DNA of 64,000 nt from Chrysomallon squamiferum (lineage: Eukaryota > Animalia > Mollusca), in NCBI GenBank assembly GCA_012295275.1, contig CM022665.1, forward strand, positions 33,418,001 to 33,482,000, read 5' to 3'. How positions within the stretch are numbered: the stretch's first letter is position 1; each line of letters begins with the position of its first letter. A program made the position numbers and the translations under genes. Below, one piece after another: positions 1-14,219 of this stretch. A model generated the notes under the pieces. It had not been told where the DNA came from. It was given only the letters and a program-made list of their open reading frames with translations, and searched no databases.

Positions 1-436
1 TATTATTTATTTCCATTTTCAATGCATTAGAGGTGGTATTTACATGTAAAAAGCAAATTGATCACGTGTTATTTGAATAATTGCCTTGATACGTTAGTTA
101 TAATGCTTGATTTTACAACAGAAAATTGAAAACAAACAAAAAACAACAACAAAAAAAAAAAAAAAAGAGTAAAAGCTCATCAACCGGCCGTATAAAAAAA
201 ATTAGTTAAAAATTAATTTTTCACTCTTTTTCGTTAAAACAAAAAACATTCAATTTCTAATGCGTGTATTATTATGCATGCAAACAATGAGTTTCCTATT
301 TTTATTTTTAAAAAAGTCATTGGTCCATGCTAGTTACTACTAATACTAGCGTACCTGGATTCCAGGTGTCATTGTCAAAGTTTCGTGGTCCTTGCAGTCA
401 CTGAATCAGTAATCATAAAAAATTATCTCAACTCAC

Positions 437-552
437 CACTATTTGATCTATCCATCTGGATAAAGCGTTAAATAAAAGTTCCACGACGGTTCAGCGAGTA
501 AAACGGAAGTTAAATTAGACAGAACTTCAACACTTTGAGTAGGCCGCCATGA
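437..552 (-). promoter_or_regulatory. CpG-rich promoter / probable first exon of a minus-strand gene running off the left edge
   Basis: CpG-rich patch with an ETS-type CGGAAGT (~503-509) and YY1-like GCCGCCATG (~543-551). Minus-strand donor GTG|GTGAGT at 437/436; possible short coding start MDRSNS (ATG 455). No downstream exons were recognised in the window. Confidence 0.35.
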
Positions 553-615
553 CGGTCCAGTTAATTACCAAAAACAACCAACAGAAACTGACAAGCAACA
601 ACAGAAGCAGAAATA

Positions 616-1322
616 CAGTGGTACCTCGACTTACGTGTGCCCCAACTTACGAGTTTTTCGAGTTACGAGCAGTCGCCAGACTGAGTTTTTGCTTTGAGTT
701 GCGAGCCAGAATCCGAGTTCCGAGCGAGCTTCAGACATGCCTCCGCTATTTGGCGCAACGAACAACATAACATCCGGCCAGCATCCTGCGTCTCACTCGT
801 TTACTTCACGTGGATACCTCGCCGCGGAAGCATCTCTGTTGTGTTGTGCTCGCGTTTTGGATCATAAGAAAGTCAGTGCAAAGGACAGTGCAGAGAAGAA
901 GGAACGGATGATGTCCGTTGAATTAAAGCTTGAATTCATAGAAAAACATGAGCGAGGTGCGTAGTACTTCTACGATATGTACCATATTGAAGCTCAAGGA
1001 GTCGATAAGGCTATAACTCCAGCCAAAGGCATTAAAATAATTTTTCTGATCTCCAAGATAAATACATTTACAAAACCAGTTTATTTCTTTACATTCTCTT
1101 TTATTTTGTTTTTATACAATATTTGACATTTATAAATACATTTTTATTATTTGAAAAATAAATAAATAGAAGTTACAAAAAATGGCATGGTTTTTGGGGT
1201 GCTTGAATGGATTAATGGTATTTCAGTTAATTTCAGTTGGGAAAATTGATTTGATATACGATCAAATTGAAATACAAGCTCAGTCATGGAACGAATTAAA
1301 CTCGTAAGTCAAGGTACCACTG
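616..1322 (+). mobile_element. Non-autonomous Tigger/pogo (TcMar) DNA transposon, internally deleted
   Basis: TIRs CAGTGGTACCTCGACTTACG ... CGTAAGTCAAGGTACCACTG flanked by TA (614-615, 1323-1324). Internal relic of a TIGD/Tigger transposase N-terminus (KKVSAKDSAEKKERMMSVELKLEFIEKHERG, HTH_psq/CENP-B-like). Confidence 0.9.
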
Positions 1323-2499
1323 TACCTGTATAAGTTGTAGAATAACCATAAGAAGTTAAAATAAATTAGGAGATTGCTTTTACAAAGTTGTGTATGAATT
1401 ATTGTGTAGTTTCACCAAAAATATCATAGCAAAGTGTAAAATCTCAATACGGGGTAGACCTGATCTGCAGTCCCAACCCCCCAAAATTATTGAGATCAAT
1501 TATATATATATAATTCCATTATTCACATTATTCAAGTTTTCATAAACTGAAAAACCCCACTGCAGTGGTTATTACTTAGTATTTTTAGGCTTGAGCTAGT
1601 TTCAAAGGAGTCACAGGATAAATTGCATTTGGATTCAGCACACAACATGATAAATGGAGATCACTAATATGTTACACTTCTTTCCTTATTAATTGTATGG
1701 TATCTATCAGATTATAATGTGAAAGAGTCTCGAAATAAAAACTACTATTCAGTTTATTCAGCTTATGTCTAGGGCTTTGGGAAACGATAAAGATGGCTAC
1801 ATGTTACTACAGATGTAGTTCTAAATGTTGTTTTTAGAAGATCAGCACTGAGAACTAGACTTATTTCGGTTACACGAAACCTTTATCGTTAAACTCATAT
1901 ACCCTGGCGTGTGGTTTATGTTGAAGTTGCCAGTAAAAGAAAGAACAAAAAAATGTTGGTTTGATAATCAAAATTTTTATATGTACTTTTTATATTAGCA
2001 CTAGGAGTAATAGAAAAACATAATAACAATACACTGAGTACAACCTCTGATAGCAAGTAGGGGAGACTATAGAGCCTTATTTCAACTTGCAACATTCTGA
2101 GTTTATTGTAATTGTGGATTTCATTTGTCTGTTTCACTTTTCAGTTTGTTTTCGGCAGCTGTGAACTTCTCCATAAAGGTTTGTTTCTTATTTGTACTTG
2201 TGACACTGTTTTTTGTAATGTGGTTATTGATAAAAGAATGTATTCATACCTGCACTACTTTTATTTCATCTATCAATTATTACACCCCTGGCAAACAAAC
2301 AATGACAAACAACTCAACAGCTTCATAATTACAAGAATGAAAGAAAATTCAAATAATTGGACATATTTTGTTGCAAATATAGCACGTGCAAATATTTCAG
2401 CCAATATTTTTAGCATTCAGTCTTTATTCTATATGTTCACTCTGTAGCCACCAGTGGTAATGTTTAGACTGAGATCCCTGGAGTATACATTGATGCCAT

Positions 2500-5240
2500 C
2501 TTCTTCAGTAGTCTACTGATTGATATCTCACCCGCCAAACATCTGGCCCACATGGCAAATACTAGCGATTGTATCATTTGGATAGGTTTGCACTGTATCT
2601 TTGATAATTTTTATTCTGAGAACCTTCATCTGCAATGTTAGTAGCCTGGATTCATGGTGAAGCACTTGTGTGAGTAGGTAGGATGGTGGTGGTCCAACAC
2701 TCCTGCAGTTCATACTACTGTGCCAGCCTGCAAAACGTAACATACATATGTAACAGAGAGAATTATAATTATGAAATGTGTGCAAACATAGCTAGAACAT
2801 TTAAGAAAATTCATTTAATGTCAATTTGCTGGTCACTGACCATGATTAATTTAATTATGATAATAATATTTGCATTCATATTCATAAGTAATGAAGTTAT
2901 CTTCACAGTTATTGTTTGTCTGAATAGACTGTCCATACACAGACCAATCTTCAGGAGTCTACAACCCTCTCATTGATGTTGATTTGATATATGTTACAAG
3001 TGACTGTAGTGTTGAAGACATGCAGTTTGTCAAATGTAGGTATGATGCATGAAGCAGGCCGTGCTGTTAGTCTCCTTATGTGTTTGTGGCATGGCCCCTT
3101 CTGTCTCTATTTGCCTTGCAACCCAAGAGCCTTGAAATAACAATGGAGTAAATACTACATTCTAAATGCATGCATAATGATATTATTATTATTATTATTA
3201 TATGCCATAATTATTTCATGCAAAACACAACATAAATATGTAATAGAAAGAATCATAATTATGAAATTCAATGCACACATCATAAACATATTCTTGAATA
3301 ATACAGCAATAAATAATATGCATATCTGAAATTTCCTGAAGATGGCCTGTGGGAAGACTCTTCTCAAAGCCAACCAGACAACTGCCTCACAAATTGCAGT
3401 TCAGATAGCAGCAATTTGAAATAAGACTTCATGTTCTGCTAGAAAAATTACTGCATGAAATAATGGGATGAACAATGGTTCTAAAATAATGTTCAGACAC
3501 ATGTATAAAGGTGTGGATGGAGAACAGTTGATTAAATGGGTTCTTCGGTCTAAGGATTTGAATGTACCATCTACATGTCTAGGACATCCAGCTGTTTTTG
3601 CCTCACAAATAACAAATGGCAATGTCCATTGGCAGTGAGGTCATGTTGCAGGAAGTCCTCAGCAAGCTTTAATATGAATGAAACTACTTATTACTTATTT
3701 ATGGGTATTCTGGTGAAAGCATCTCAGTAGGGCTGGCTTTAGTATGACCAAATCGTCATCAGCTATTCCAGTCAGCATCTCATCATTAACTATCCTTATT
3801 GCAGGGTGATACACATCTACTACTGTTAATTTTTCACCTTTTGTGTCAACTTCACTTTATGGCTTTTCTCTTGATCAGGTTTGTGGATGTGGTCACGATT
3901 CCCTGTTTTAAATTCACCTCCTCTCTCATTCACAGTGGCAGAGCATCTCATACGCTTGCTCTGTACACTGCACCATCAGCTGCAGTTGCCACTAGCTCAG
4001 AATATCTAAAATAATAAAACCTAAATATTTAAATGTAATAATGATAAATATTGATAATAAAATGCCTATTAGTTACAGTTTTCGCCATCTGAAACTGTTT
4101 ACATATTATAATTAATAAGCTCATTGATATAATTATTGTGCATATATGTGTATATGAATTATCAATTACCTTAACATTGTACCTTTTGATGAGCCTCCAA
4201 TGACAATCTCATATATGTTTGGGCCATTGACTGTCACAGAAGCAGGTGGTATGGGTCTGCCAGTGAGCTGAAATGTTTAGTATATTAATACATGAATTTT
4301 AATAAATTTTAACTAAATACAATAATGTAACATTTTTCTATCACATGGAAGTTGTTATTATTTAAACATTATTAAACATAATTATAATATATTCTGTGTG
4401 TAGTATATTTCCGAAATATTGACAACTTTTACCATACCTTTCTTCTAATATAGATCAATCTTTGAACAGTTGAGCAGTCCTGAATGACAAAGCATCATTT
4501 GTATTACAACCCATCATCGACTCACTGACCATGGACAAATTTGGTTTCAGAAGCCGTATATAATTGTATTTACCATCACTGAAATTTCATCCACTTCTGA
4601 AATGATGATGGAGTCGTCAACTACATCTGTAGTCAGACTGCTGAACTGCATCTTTGTCAGTAATTTCCATTGCCATGGACACCTCAGTGCTTTGCTGTTG
4701 ATGCGCAAGGACCAGCTGGAGTAACACATGCATTTGGCTTTGGTTCTGGTTCAGGATCTGGTTGTATTCACTTTTGGCATATGAATTTGAACTGGAGAAG
4801 ACTTTTCTTCAAGCACATGTACTTTGACAATCCTGTAATAGAACCAAATGACATATTCATACAAACATCATGTATTATGTGAACAATATTTTATTAATAT
4901 TGTTTTATAGTCAGTACTATATTTATTGTGCAGCATCTGCAATTTGTGATTAATATTAATAAAATATTGTTAAAATTAACTAGACATATTTCAACAAAAA
5001 AAATATATGTGTGTGTGTTGTGTATATACCTATCTCTCCACATTCATGGTGCTGCCTGCCTGATGGTGGTTCCTGACAACATTTTTGCACTGCAAACACA
5101 AGGCATTCCTCATAGAACTCATCATTTTCATGCTGAATGCCATATCGGTGAGGGGGCCTTGAACCTTGAGCCTATGTATGGCAAGCACATTAAATCCAAC
5201 CCTGATTGTATCATGTGCATTGTCTCTATAAAAGGTCAAA
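2500..5240 (-). pseudogene. Decayed intron-containing MULE (Mutator-like) transposase with FLYWCH and probable PHD-like N-terminal module
   Basis: Minus-strand fragments in colinear order: CLQCKNVVRNHHQA (5030-5110) and GLSKYMC..FICQK (~4770-4830), PHD-like; CSVQSKRMRCSATVNERGGEFKTGNRDHIH, FLYWCH-like (~3880-3975); VDGTFK (~3560-3577); EAVVWLALRRVFPQA (~3340-3390); PEDWSVYGQSIQTNNNCE|GWHSSMN..PSYLLTQVLHHESRLL (2900-2956 joined to ~2630-2728). Stops and frameshifts present; TIRs not found. Confidence 0.75.
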
Positions 5241-5559
5241 CATCAACTGCTATGAAAAAAGATTTTTAATGATTAGTTATTAAGGAGTGAAAATGTCATG
5301 TCCTGACCGAAATTCTTACTATGGAATAGCCCTATTCTGCAATTGTTATTTTGAAGTAGTTTCTATTACACAATGACACTCATTTTAGAACGTTTTATGA
5401 ACATTTTTTTTTAAAGCAGTTCTTTTAGACAGGAATTCCCGACATCTGTGTTGTTTGTTGGTCTGTATGTAAAGCCAATTTATATTTATAAACTGCTAAC
5501 ATCAAGCCATTGTAAACTGTAAATGGTAGTCAAAATAATATTTTTTTATGAAATGCAAC

Positions 5560-6230
5560 TTACAGACACACACCATCATTCAGTCTCACATATAGAACTC
5601 CACTTTTAACTGTCAGGTCTTTACTTACACCTACATCTGATCCTTTCAGTTTAAGTCTGTGATAAAGTTGATCTAAACTTAACAATGATTGGTCTTCTTT
5701 TGTTTTCTATAAATTTGTTTTTAACTTATCATTATCTATTTCCAGTATTAATACCCAGGATTTGAGTGATGTATTATTTCTTATTTACTTTAATCTAGTT
5801 GTCTGAATTCATCTTTTATAATTAGTCTCTGATTAATATTGTTCTGTAATAAATTCCATATCTGGATCTGGACTGTTTTGAAGGATGCTGGGGAATACAG
5901 TATTGTTACATCTGTTGTTTTTCTTCTTCTTGTCCTCATTACTTTTAGATTATTTTTTATCAGCTTTTGCTAGTGTTTTTCTTGATGTATTATCTCCTTT
6001 TTCTGCTGTCATCCGAAGGATTACATTTAGTGGTTTTCTGGCCAGGTGAAATTTTCAAGTGATATATGTTAAAATGGCTATAAAGTAAATATTCCATATC
6101 TGTTTCAAGTTAAAGTTACGAAGTGAAGTTTCTATATGAACAATGTTCATATGCTGGCCTGGGACTAGGGATTAGAGAAAAATGTCTACCAAGACACATT
6201 CAGTAAGTGGATTATATTTATTAGTTGATT
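5560..6230 (-). mobile_element. Possible highly decayed LINE fragment
   Basis: A-rich minus-strand composition typical of LINE ORFs; no intact motif recognised. Confidence 0.25.
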
Positions 6231-6519
6231 AGTACATTGCAACCTTGACTTGTTTCTTTGTTAATAAATTTGAAACTTATTGAATCTTAATGATCTTATG
6301 ATTTGTGTTCCATTGTTGCTAAATTTACCTGTATTCTGTTAAAATTCACTGAAATGTCCAGAGCTGACTAAATGCAATAATGCATGCTTTCCTTTCACTA
6401 AAATGTAAATGTAACTACTGGCACAAAGTGCTTCATGACAAAATTTATTTAGAATATTAAATAAGAAAATGACTGTTCAATGGTAAATCTAGTGTGAATT
6501 TTATAAGATGAAAAACCTA

Positions 6520-6600
6520 ACAACTGCAAAAATAAATTAAATTCCTAGTTGCTTTGCCAAAATCATATACTAGGTACATGCAAACTATGAAAAAAACCTC
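6520..6600 (+). repeat. Dispersed repeat, copy 1 (copy 2 at ~16772-16851)
   Basis: CAACTGCAAAAA..TTAAATTCCTAGTT.CTTTGCCAAAAT..TATA...A.TACATGCA.ACTATGAAAA is shared with 16772-16851. Confidence 0.7.
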
Positions 6601-6848
6601 AATGAAATCTAGGTGCCAGCACATAAATTATAAGCCTTTCTAAACATAGCTGAGATAATTAAATATATTTAAACTTAAGGTGAGAAAATGTACTTCCAAA
6701 ATGGTAGTGATCTAGAGGTCAAGTGTAAGGATGAGTTGAATTGTTGAGCACAAACGAAAGCAGTCAGCACTTTCTTAAGTGTTAGTTCACAGGCAGGGCA
6801 AGTTTTTTTCATGTCACTTTGTCTCAGAGGTTTATTGTAAGTGGTGTT

Positions 6849-6896
<48 letters not shown>

Positions 6897-7959
6897 CACA
6901 CATATATGTGAGGGATTGAACAAAAAGCACCAAGCATAATTTAAAGATACATAAACATCATGAACATGTTTATTTCTCCTTGTTTACAGGTATAATACTT
7001 TGGAAATTCCTCCAAGATATGTGGGACATTAATATATGGTAAATACTGTCACTGGTGCTATCTTAAGAAACCCAGGACAGTAATAGTCTGTCAGTATTGG
7101 TCAGAGGTGTGAAATGTTATTTGTGTGACTGTGGTGAAAGACAGTTCAAGAGAAGAGAGAATATCTGGCACGGGAGAAAGACAGTAGAGCTGATTCTGTG
7201 CATTATAATTACTATACTTTTACAAGGTTATACTGTTATTGTTTATCATGTTGTACAGTCAGGCAGAGAAATTAAAGTTATAATCAAGAGCGAACTTTTG
7301 TAGATTTTGTGTGAGGGTATTTTATGCACCTGGCTACATCGATATATAGATAGATAGATAGATAGATAGATAGACAGATAAATGCATAAATTTAACAATA
7401 TGTTGTTTTGCTGATACTGTATCATTGTATGATTGCTAGATATGTTTCACTTTTTTATTTATTTAATTTATACATACATATCTATTCACTAGCTCCAATA
7501 AATTTGTATTACAACCTGGTGCTTATACATTGTAAAAATACCTTCAGTTCACTTTTACTTCTATTTTAGAATAAAATTTATAAACACAGATAAACATGCT
7601 GTAGCCATCTATGTTAAGGATTCAAAATTCAGTGTAAATGCAACAGGATTAAAACCAAAATTATCTCTTTCTGTTGAAGTTTTCTTCTTCATCCCCAGAA
7701 GCTGCCGTACACTTTAAATCTTTAAATTATCCATGCATCCAAAAGATATCTTCTTCACGACTTCAGAGTCTCTTCTGAAGGCCAGACTGCTTTAACTCTG
7801 ATTCTGGTAGGTGTAACAATATTGCAGAAGACGTTTCACTGACAGAGGTTGCGCCACTGTGGCATGTTTCAGTGTGTTCCACTTAGAAGTTCGTGTACGT
7901 GATTGTTTAATCTACACTACACTCTACAGTGACCAATTCTCAGGCTTATGTAAAATCAC

Positions 7960-8330
7960 TCCATCTTTTCTTGAAAGATGGTAGCCGCTGCTGTCTCTAA
8001 GGTTATAATCGTCAGGGCTAAAAATTCGCACGAATCTCCGAATCCATTTGGATTCGCGTGAAATATTAATAAAATTCTGTTAAACTGAATAATCAACGAG
8101 TAAAACGTTACGGAATTGAAAAAAAAATTATATATATATAAACAAAAAAATAGTCTGGTTATCAAGTATCAGTTTAAACTGCTTTCAAAAGCGTAGCAAA
8201 CATTCGAATCCGAGTGTGTTCGAAACATCGTGGTTTATCGAGACTAGTCTGGCCTGAAGCCAATTGGTGGTTGACCAATTTTTATGAACCAAATTGCCAA
8301 CAAAGAGAACCGAAAGGAACGTTTGTTTAG
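7960..8330. promoter_or_regulatory. CpG-retaining patch (candidate promoter or transposon end)
   Basis: Many CG dinucleotides, whereas the flanks contain almost none; CCAAT-like motifs at ~8260-8295. Confidence 0.3.
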
Positions 8331-8829
8331 TTCTTATGTAACAACAATATATAGTAATTTAATGTGCCAGATTTAGTATTATATCAGACATGACTATGGA
8401 AGTTCGTTGACATTATGTTCCTAACCTTAAATTTCCTGCTTTTTAATCCATACATTTTTATTTACTGTGTTGAGCACATTCAGAAATGCTTAAAATAAAA
8501 ACAAATCTAATTACAGATAGTTCATTTTATTTCTTGAGTTGATCATATTAAATTAAAGGAAAACAAAGTTTTCCTTTTTTCTTTTTAAAAAAAATTGGAT
8601 TTACTGTTGCTGACAAATTGGTTATTCTTTCCAATAAATAGTAAGGGTGGTTTTATATACATTAATCTATATACAGACCATCACATTTGAGACAGAATTA
8701 TATATAACTAACACTGTTGATAAAGTTGTTCTCTGAAACTGTTGAGAATTGGAGGTTTCTTGTTTACTGCTTCCATGAGAATCCTAATGGAATCTCGTGA
8801 AAGAAGCCGAATTTCTTGCTGTAGTTGCA

Positions 8830-9170
8830 TAATTTCTGACTCCTCCTGAAAATGTTTTACCACATTTTGTTAAAGTATTTGCTACATCATTTCCTGGAAT
8901 GTTGCAGTGTGATGGTATCCATTATGTTGTTTGTTCAGTACCACAGATATCACTAGCAATAGCATTCATACTTTTCCTTTTACTGTGTGTATGCTTGTTG
9001 TTGTTCATCAGCTTTGCTCCTGCATTTCTAAGGGTTTCCATTTCAGCTTTTTAATTGGAGGAATGTTTATCTACTGAAATAGAAATCTGAATCCCTTTCC
9101 CATGTTTTGAATTCCTCTGCTTGCATTTTTGATTGCTTCCTTTGCAGACCACATGTCCACTGATCTTAAG
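8830..9170 (-). mobile_element. Decayed RNase H domain of an old I-group LINE
   Basis: Minus strand reads WIPSHCNIPGNDVANTLTK (~8870-8922), with upstream KHSSN.KAEMETL. Confidence 0.75.
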
Positions 9171-10541
9171 GGTGTTGTATGTGTCGGACACAGAGACATA
9201 TCACTAATTTTTTACATGAATTCAAATTATGATTAATTGTTATTGTGTTGCTGAGGATGGCAACATTTTAAGTTTAGAAGTGAATAGGATAAAGAAATAA
9301 AAATCATTGTTTCCTATTCTATAAAGGTCAGAATATAATGTTTTAAAGTAATTAGTGGGGAGTAAGTTCTAGCCAGATAGATTAAGATGACTGCTTCCTG
9401 TTGGGAGCTTTCACTAGCAATGGGGACTATATGGTCATGTGACATGAAGGTAAGCATTTTTATATTTGGTTTCACATATATGCTACAGATCAGCTAAGAT
9501 TAGTAATTAATTTAGATTTAATATGTCTATTAAAAAGGGATAATTAAGATATATATTAAAGATGAGACAATAATTATATTTTACTTGTGGACTTTCATTT
9601 ATTTTTAATATGCTAGCACATAACTTTAAATAACAGTGGTTACAGTTTATAATAATTTAATGGGGTCTGTATTAGTTTTCACATGGAGATATATTTAAAA
9701 ATAAACATGATTGATACATTGAGTATTTTCTCAGTAATCACAGCTGATACATATTATTTCTGTTCAGGTGGCGACACTGGTCGTGTGGGGTAAGTCTTAC
9801 TGACATCACTACTTACAGTATTGCATGTTTTATATTTATGCGTAATTGTTAATTTAAATGTATCTTTATCATAACAGTTATTCTTTTCTTTGAATGTCTG
9901 AGTTATATTTTATTCATGTTATCAATATAACCAAATACAAATAACAATTACAGCAAGTTCATATAAATATGCATAAAGAGTTTTATAGAGACTTTTATAT
10001 AATGTAATTAGTTCTAGTTAACATGTGTAGAAATGATTATAGACAGATTAGTATGGTATTAGTATTAGTATGCCAGGTATCCAAGTGCCAGAAATAGATA
10101 AACATGCAATCACACACTGATTAAGCTGGTGTTAGCTAGTGGTTAATGCTTTCCTACAAAAGAGAACAGAACCCCTGCTGAAGTTAATTGCTTTTGTTAA
10201 AGATTACATTTACCACATGGGATGGGGTGAAACTGATATCAATTAGAAGTGAATGAATAACAGTTGAGATTAATATTATGTATTTGAATATATATATTTA
10301 TAATTATTTTCTTTTTATTTTAACATCAGGGTTTTTGTATTGGTTTGATGTTTTTAGTTTTGCAACTGTAGAATTTTTATTATGATTTGTTTTATGAACC
10401 TGGTCAGTTTGTCCTCCTTGGAGACGGCAGAGTTACCATGTTGTAAATGTTAACGTTGCTATATCAGTAATTACCTAATATTAAAGCTGTTTAATTGGTA
10501 ACCCTGTCTTGTTTGTTTATTCCTTAGACAGTAATATATAT

Positions 10542-10577
<36 letters not shown>

Positions 10578-11389
10578 CAACCTGTTGGAGTTGCAAACAC
10601 CTTAAATAGCTGGTAAATCTTTTCATTGTCTTCCTAGTTAACATTACTTTCAATTCTTTAAGTTTTACTTGAGCATAAATCACTGCAGAGCTGTCTGCAA
10701 GGAACAAACATTATCTTGTTCATAGGATTCATTAAGAATCATTTTACATCCATATACACACATACAAATATCCATACATACGTGTCTGTATCGTAGTATT
10801 TACCAGAAATATAAAGAGTTATTAGGACTTTTTGTAATATATCATTTATTTTATTATAGTATACAGATACATTAATACTTTTTACTCACTGTGTGTGTGC
10901 CTGTGGCCTCTTTGAAAAGACTGGCTGGCTACTACTGATTACAGAGTGAATGAGAAATAAATGTGAATATTTCTGCCTCACCAAATTCTCAATATAACAT
11001 CAGGCTGTTGCTACTTCATGTTGTACTTGAAGATGATGGTGTTTTAAAAAAAAATAATTAAAGTTTCTTTAAATGACTCAATGAGAGTGCATTGACTAAG
11101 TCAGTCATCAGCTACTGGATGTCAGATGTTTTTTTTTTCTGATATAATTAAGGAATTTGCTCTTTCTTTCTCATTTTTTAATTTTAATTTTTTTTTTTAA
11201 ATGTATCTTAACAAAAACAGGGAAGCAGTTGTTGATTACAAGACATAGGCACAGTAGCATGCAGGTGGGGGGGCCAGGGTTGAAGGGGCAGTGGTCCCGG
11301 GCATCCAATCAGAGAAAAGAAATTAATAAATCTGGTTGGTTTAAATCAAATAAAGTGTTTATTTTATGTTTTATCTTTGTTTACATGTT

Positions 11390-13000
11390 CATAATATTTC
11401 TCATAGGCCTTATACTTGAATCTTTGGGGCATACAGTCAAGGAGTTGGCCCTAGCTAAGAGTTCCGCTAGCTTTCCTCCACTCCCCAACCCATTACATAT
11501 GTATACTCTAGGATAAGAGCTCTTTTCCCAAATCTGTTTGTGTTTTCTTTTTCAGAATTCGTTTTGCTATCTCCTGAAAGTCTGGAAAGTAGTGCCTTTT
11601 CCATGCAGGTATTTGTATAGTGTGTTGGGATTTTCTTGACCTTATGGTCCATGAGGTCTGTATCAATATTTTTATCATTTCTGCCTAATCTAAGAAACTT
11701 GGTTGGATATTAGCAGATCTACCTATACATGTGTCCTGATATTCTGCACTAGTGCTTATTTAGCTTCAATACTCTCTCCAAGCATGTCAAAAGCTTTCTC
11801 TAGAGCTATACAATGAGAAAGTGTGTGCTTTTTTTTCCTTGGGATGCATCCTCAAGCACTTGTGATACACAAATGACCTGATTTTCAGTGTATCTGTTCT
11901 GTCTAAATCCAGCTTCTGCTGGGGAAATGAGCTGCTTCTTTTCTAGGTACCATGTCAGCCCAGTGTTGATCATCCTTTCCATCACAGCTTGTTAAACTTA
12001 TGGATCCTTAACAGCCATCTGGTTTGGAGTTATCCTTTCTCTGTTTGTGGACTGGGATCATGGTTGTTTCGATGATTGTGGTACAGAGCTATTGACCCAT
12101 CTGCCACTGAAGATTTTTAAAAGCATGTTTTGGTTTCTTTTCTTAGAGCATTTCATTAGTCGTTTCATCATGGCCAGATGCTTTTTCTTTTTTTAGCTAC
12201 CAGATTGCTTCCTCATGTTTGTTTTGTATAATTTCTGATTATGTTTAAGGACAGCTGGTGCAGATATATAGCTTTCATTTTCACTGTTTTGGCAAACTTC
12301 AAAAGCTTCTTTCCTTCTCTGCCCAGATTGACAAAGGTCCTTTTGTGCTTTGTAATTACTTCGGCAGTATGTATCCACCATTTCTGTAGCTTTATTTACA
12401 TTATTCTTGAGAATCTCTTTCTCTTTTATCCAGTAAGTTGTATAATTTCTTTTTGCTTCTCTTTGGATTGTTTCTTTTGCAGTCTTTCTTTTTAGTATGA
12501 ACATTGCCTATATAGATAACTGACATGTTGGAATAAAGGTTCCAATTTGCTTTTTTCCATCTTGACAACATTTAATATTCCTCCTGTTGGTGGTTTACAT
12601 CTGATCCAAGTTTAATTTGGTTATGGTCACTGCCAGCCACCTGAATACAGTTCTCCAAGTTTTGGCCATACGGTTGTTTGTAACAAATGCTAGGTCTGAT
12701 GTAGAAAAGATGTAGGAAGATCTTCTATCTGCCAGTCTTTTACTTTGTCTTCTCTACTCATTGTCTCAGAGTATCCCTAACTCTGTGAACGGGTGGTGTT
12801 AAAGTCATGACAACTACATCTGTGGTGGGTTGGCAATAAAGCTTACAAATCCTGATTTTGTATTTATTTACTGTGTTGTCATTTGATCAAATTTGTGTTG
12901 AGCTGTGGTCAGGACCTTCCCTACAAGTAGTTTGGCAGTGGTCCATAACATTCCAGACTATACCCTTTGACCAATGCAGCTAGTGAATTTCTACCAGGAG
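11390..13000 (-). mobile_element. Decayed LINE ORF2 (endonuclease end / reverse transcriptase)
   Basis: Minus-strand motifs AGFRQNRYTENQV (~11880-11915) and LEKAFD (~11787-11804), plus RT C-terminal-like LSRLSG..LILEY..GWG (11470-11590). Probably the same element as the RNase H relic at 8830-9170. Confidence 0.7.
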
Positions 13001-14219
13001 CTTTAGCTCACCAGGTCATTGAGACATGCAAGCTATCTCACCACACCAGGAATGGACCACGAGGTCATGAAGTTATCTAATAAACTATACTATGAATTTA
13101 TAAACTATTATATTACAGTTGAAAAAAACCTGTAAATGATAACCAAATACTTCATATGCATTTAAATAGATAACATCTATGTAATAAAAGCACACATTAC
13201 ATTCTGATAATGGAAGTGTAATCACAGAAAGGAGATATTTTCCTTTATAAAATGTATTAATAAACTAAAGATGAATAAGAAATTTTGCCTTTGAGTTAGA
13301 ATATTGGAAGTTAAATTTAATTTTATATTAAAGCTTAAATTTTAAAACAAATTACTTAATACTGCGTAAGATGTCAGTGAGAAAATTTGAATATAATTAT
13401 TATGAAGAAATATTATTCAGTTTTTTGTCATTCAGCACACTTCAACAATTCCTGGGTCTTATACTCATTATAATTTTGATGCTGTAAAAATGTGTTTATA
13501 ATGTTGATCATTTATTGGTTAGTTTAAGGGGTGGAGAAACCCCTTAAAACTGATTTGGTAAAAAGAATAAGGGATTAGTACTGGATTTCATACATGGATG
13601 AAAGATGGGTAGTAATTATTCATCTAGGTTCATCTATTAAGAATGATAAAGGAGTACATGCTGTGATCATTATGCCAATTAATGATGATTGTATTGGAAT
13701 AATTTTTTCTAAAACTTTTAGTAAAATCTTGTTTGTCATAACTATGTACATAGTTCACACTGTAAATCTATTTTACAGTAATAACACAAATGAAAAGTAT
13801 CCAAGTTCAAACACATTTAAACCTTTGAAAATTAAGTTTTATTTCTTAACATTTTTTTTTGGATAAAAAGACATTTGTTTCTTCTTTTTTTTTTGTGGTG
13901 GGAGAACATTTGTATATATTGATTACTTTTAAAGGCAAACTGTCCAAGCCAAACAACCTGTTTTGGTGAAGTTAAAAACTGTACTAATAAGTTTGAATGG
14001 AAGTATACTAAAATGATACCCACCATAAGACATTTTATTTTTATAGATAACAAAGTGCAAAGTCACAGTAATTCAGTTACTGTTTATCTGAATTTACAGT
14101 TGTTAGATTTTCAAAAAAATGTTGTTAGTTATTAGGCTCCTTTCAATGTCTTAGGAATCTTTATATTTAACTGTGACAGATATTAATTATGTTACTCCAC
14201 AACAGAACATTTCTCTTCA

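Noticed and set aside
1770-1906. Short inverted repeat AACGATAAAG/CTTTATCGTT with AGGG/CCCT ends, possible hAT MITE
   Set aside because: Arms are short and no 8-bp TSD was found.
11060-11130. Resemblance to an abundant gastropod SINE-like repeat
   Set aside because: Short, decayed and based on recollection only; not enough to call a feature or the taxon.
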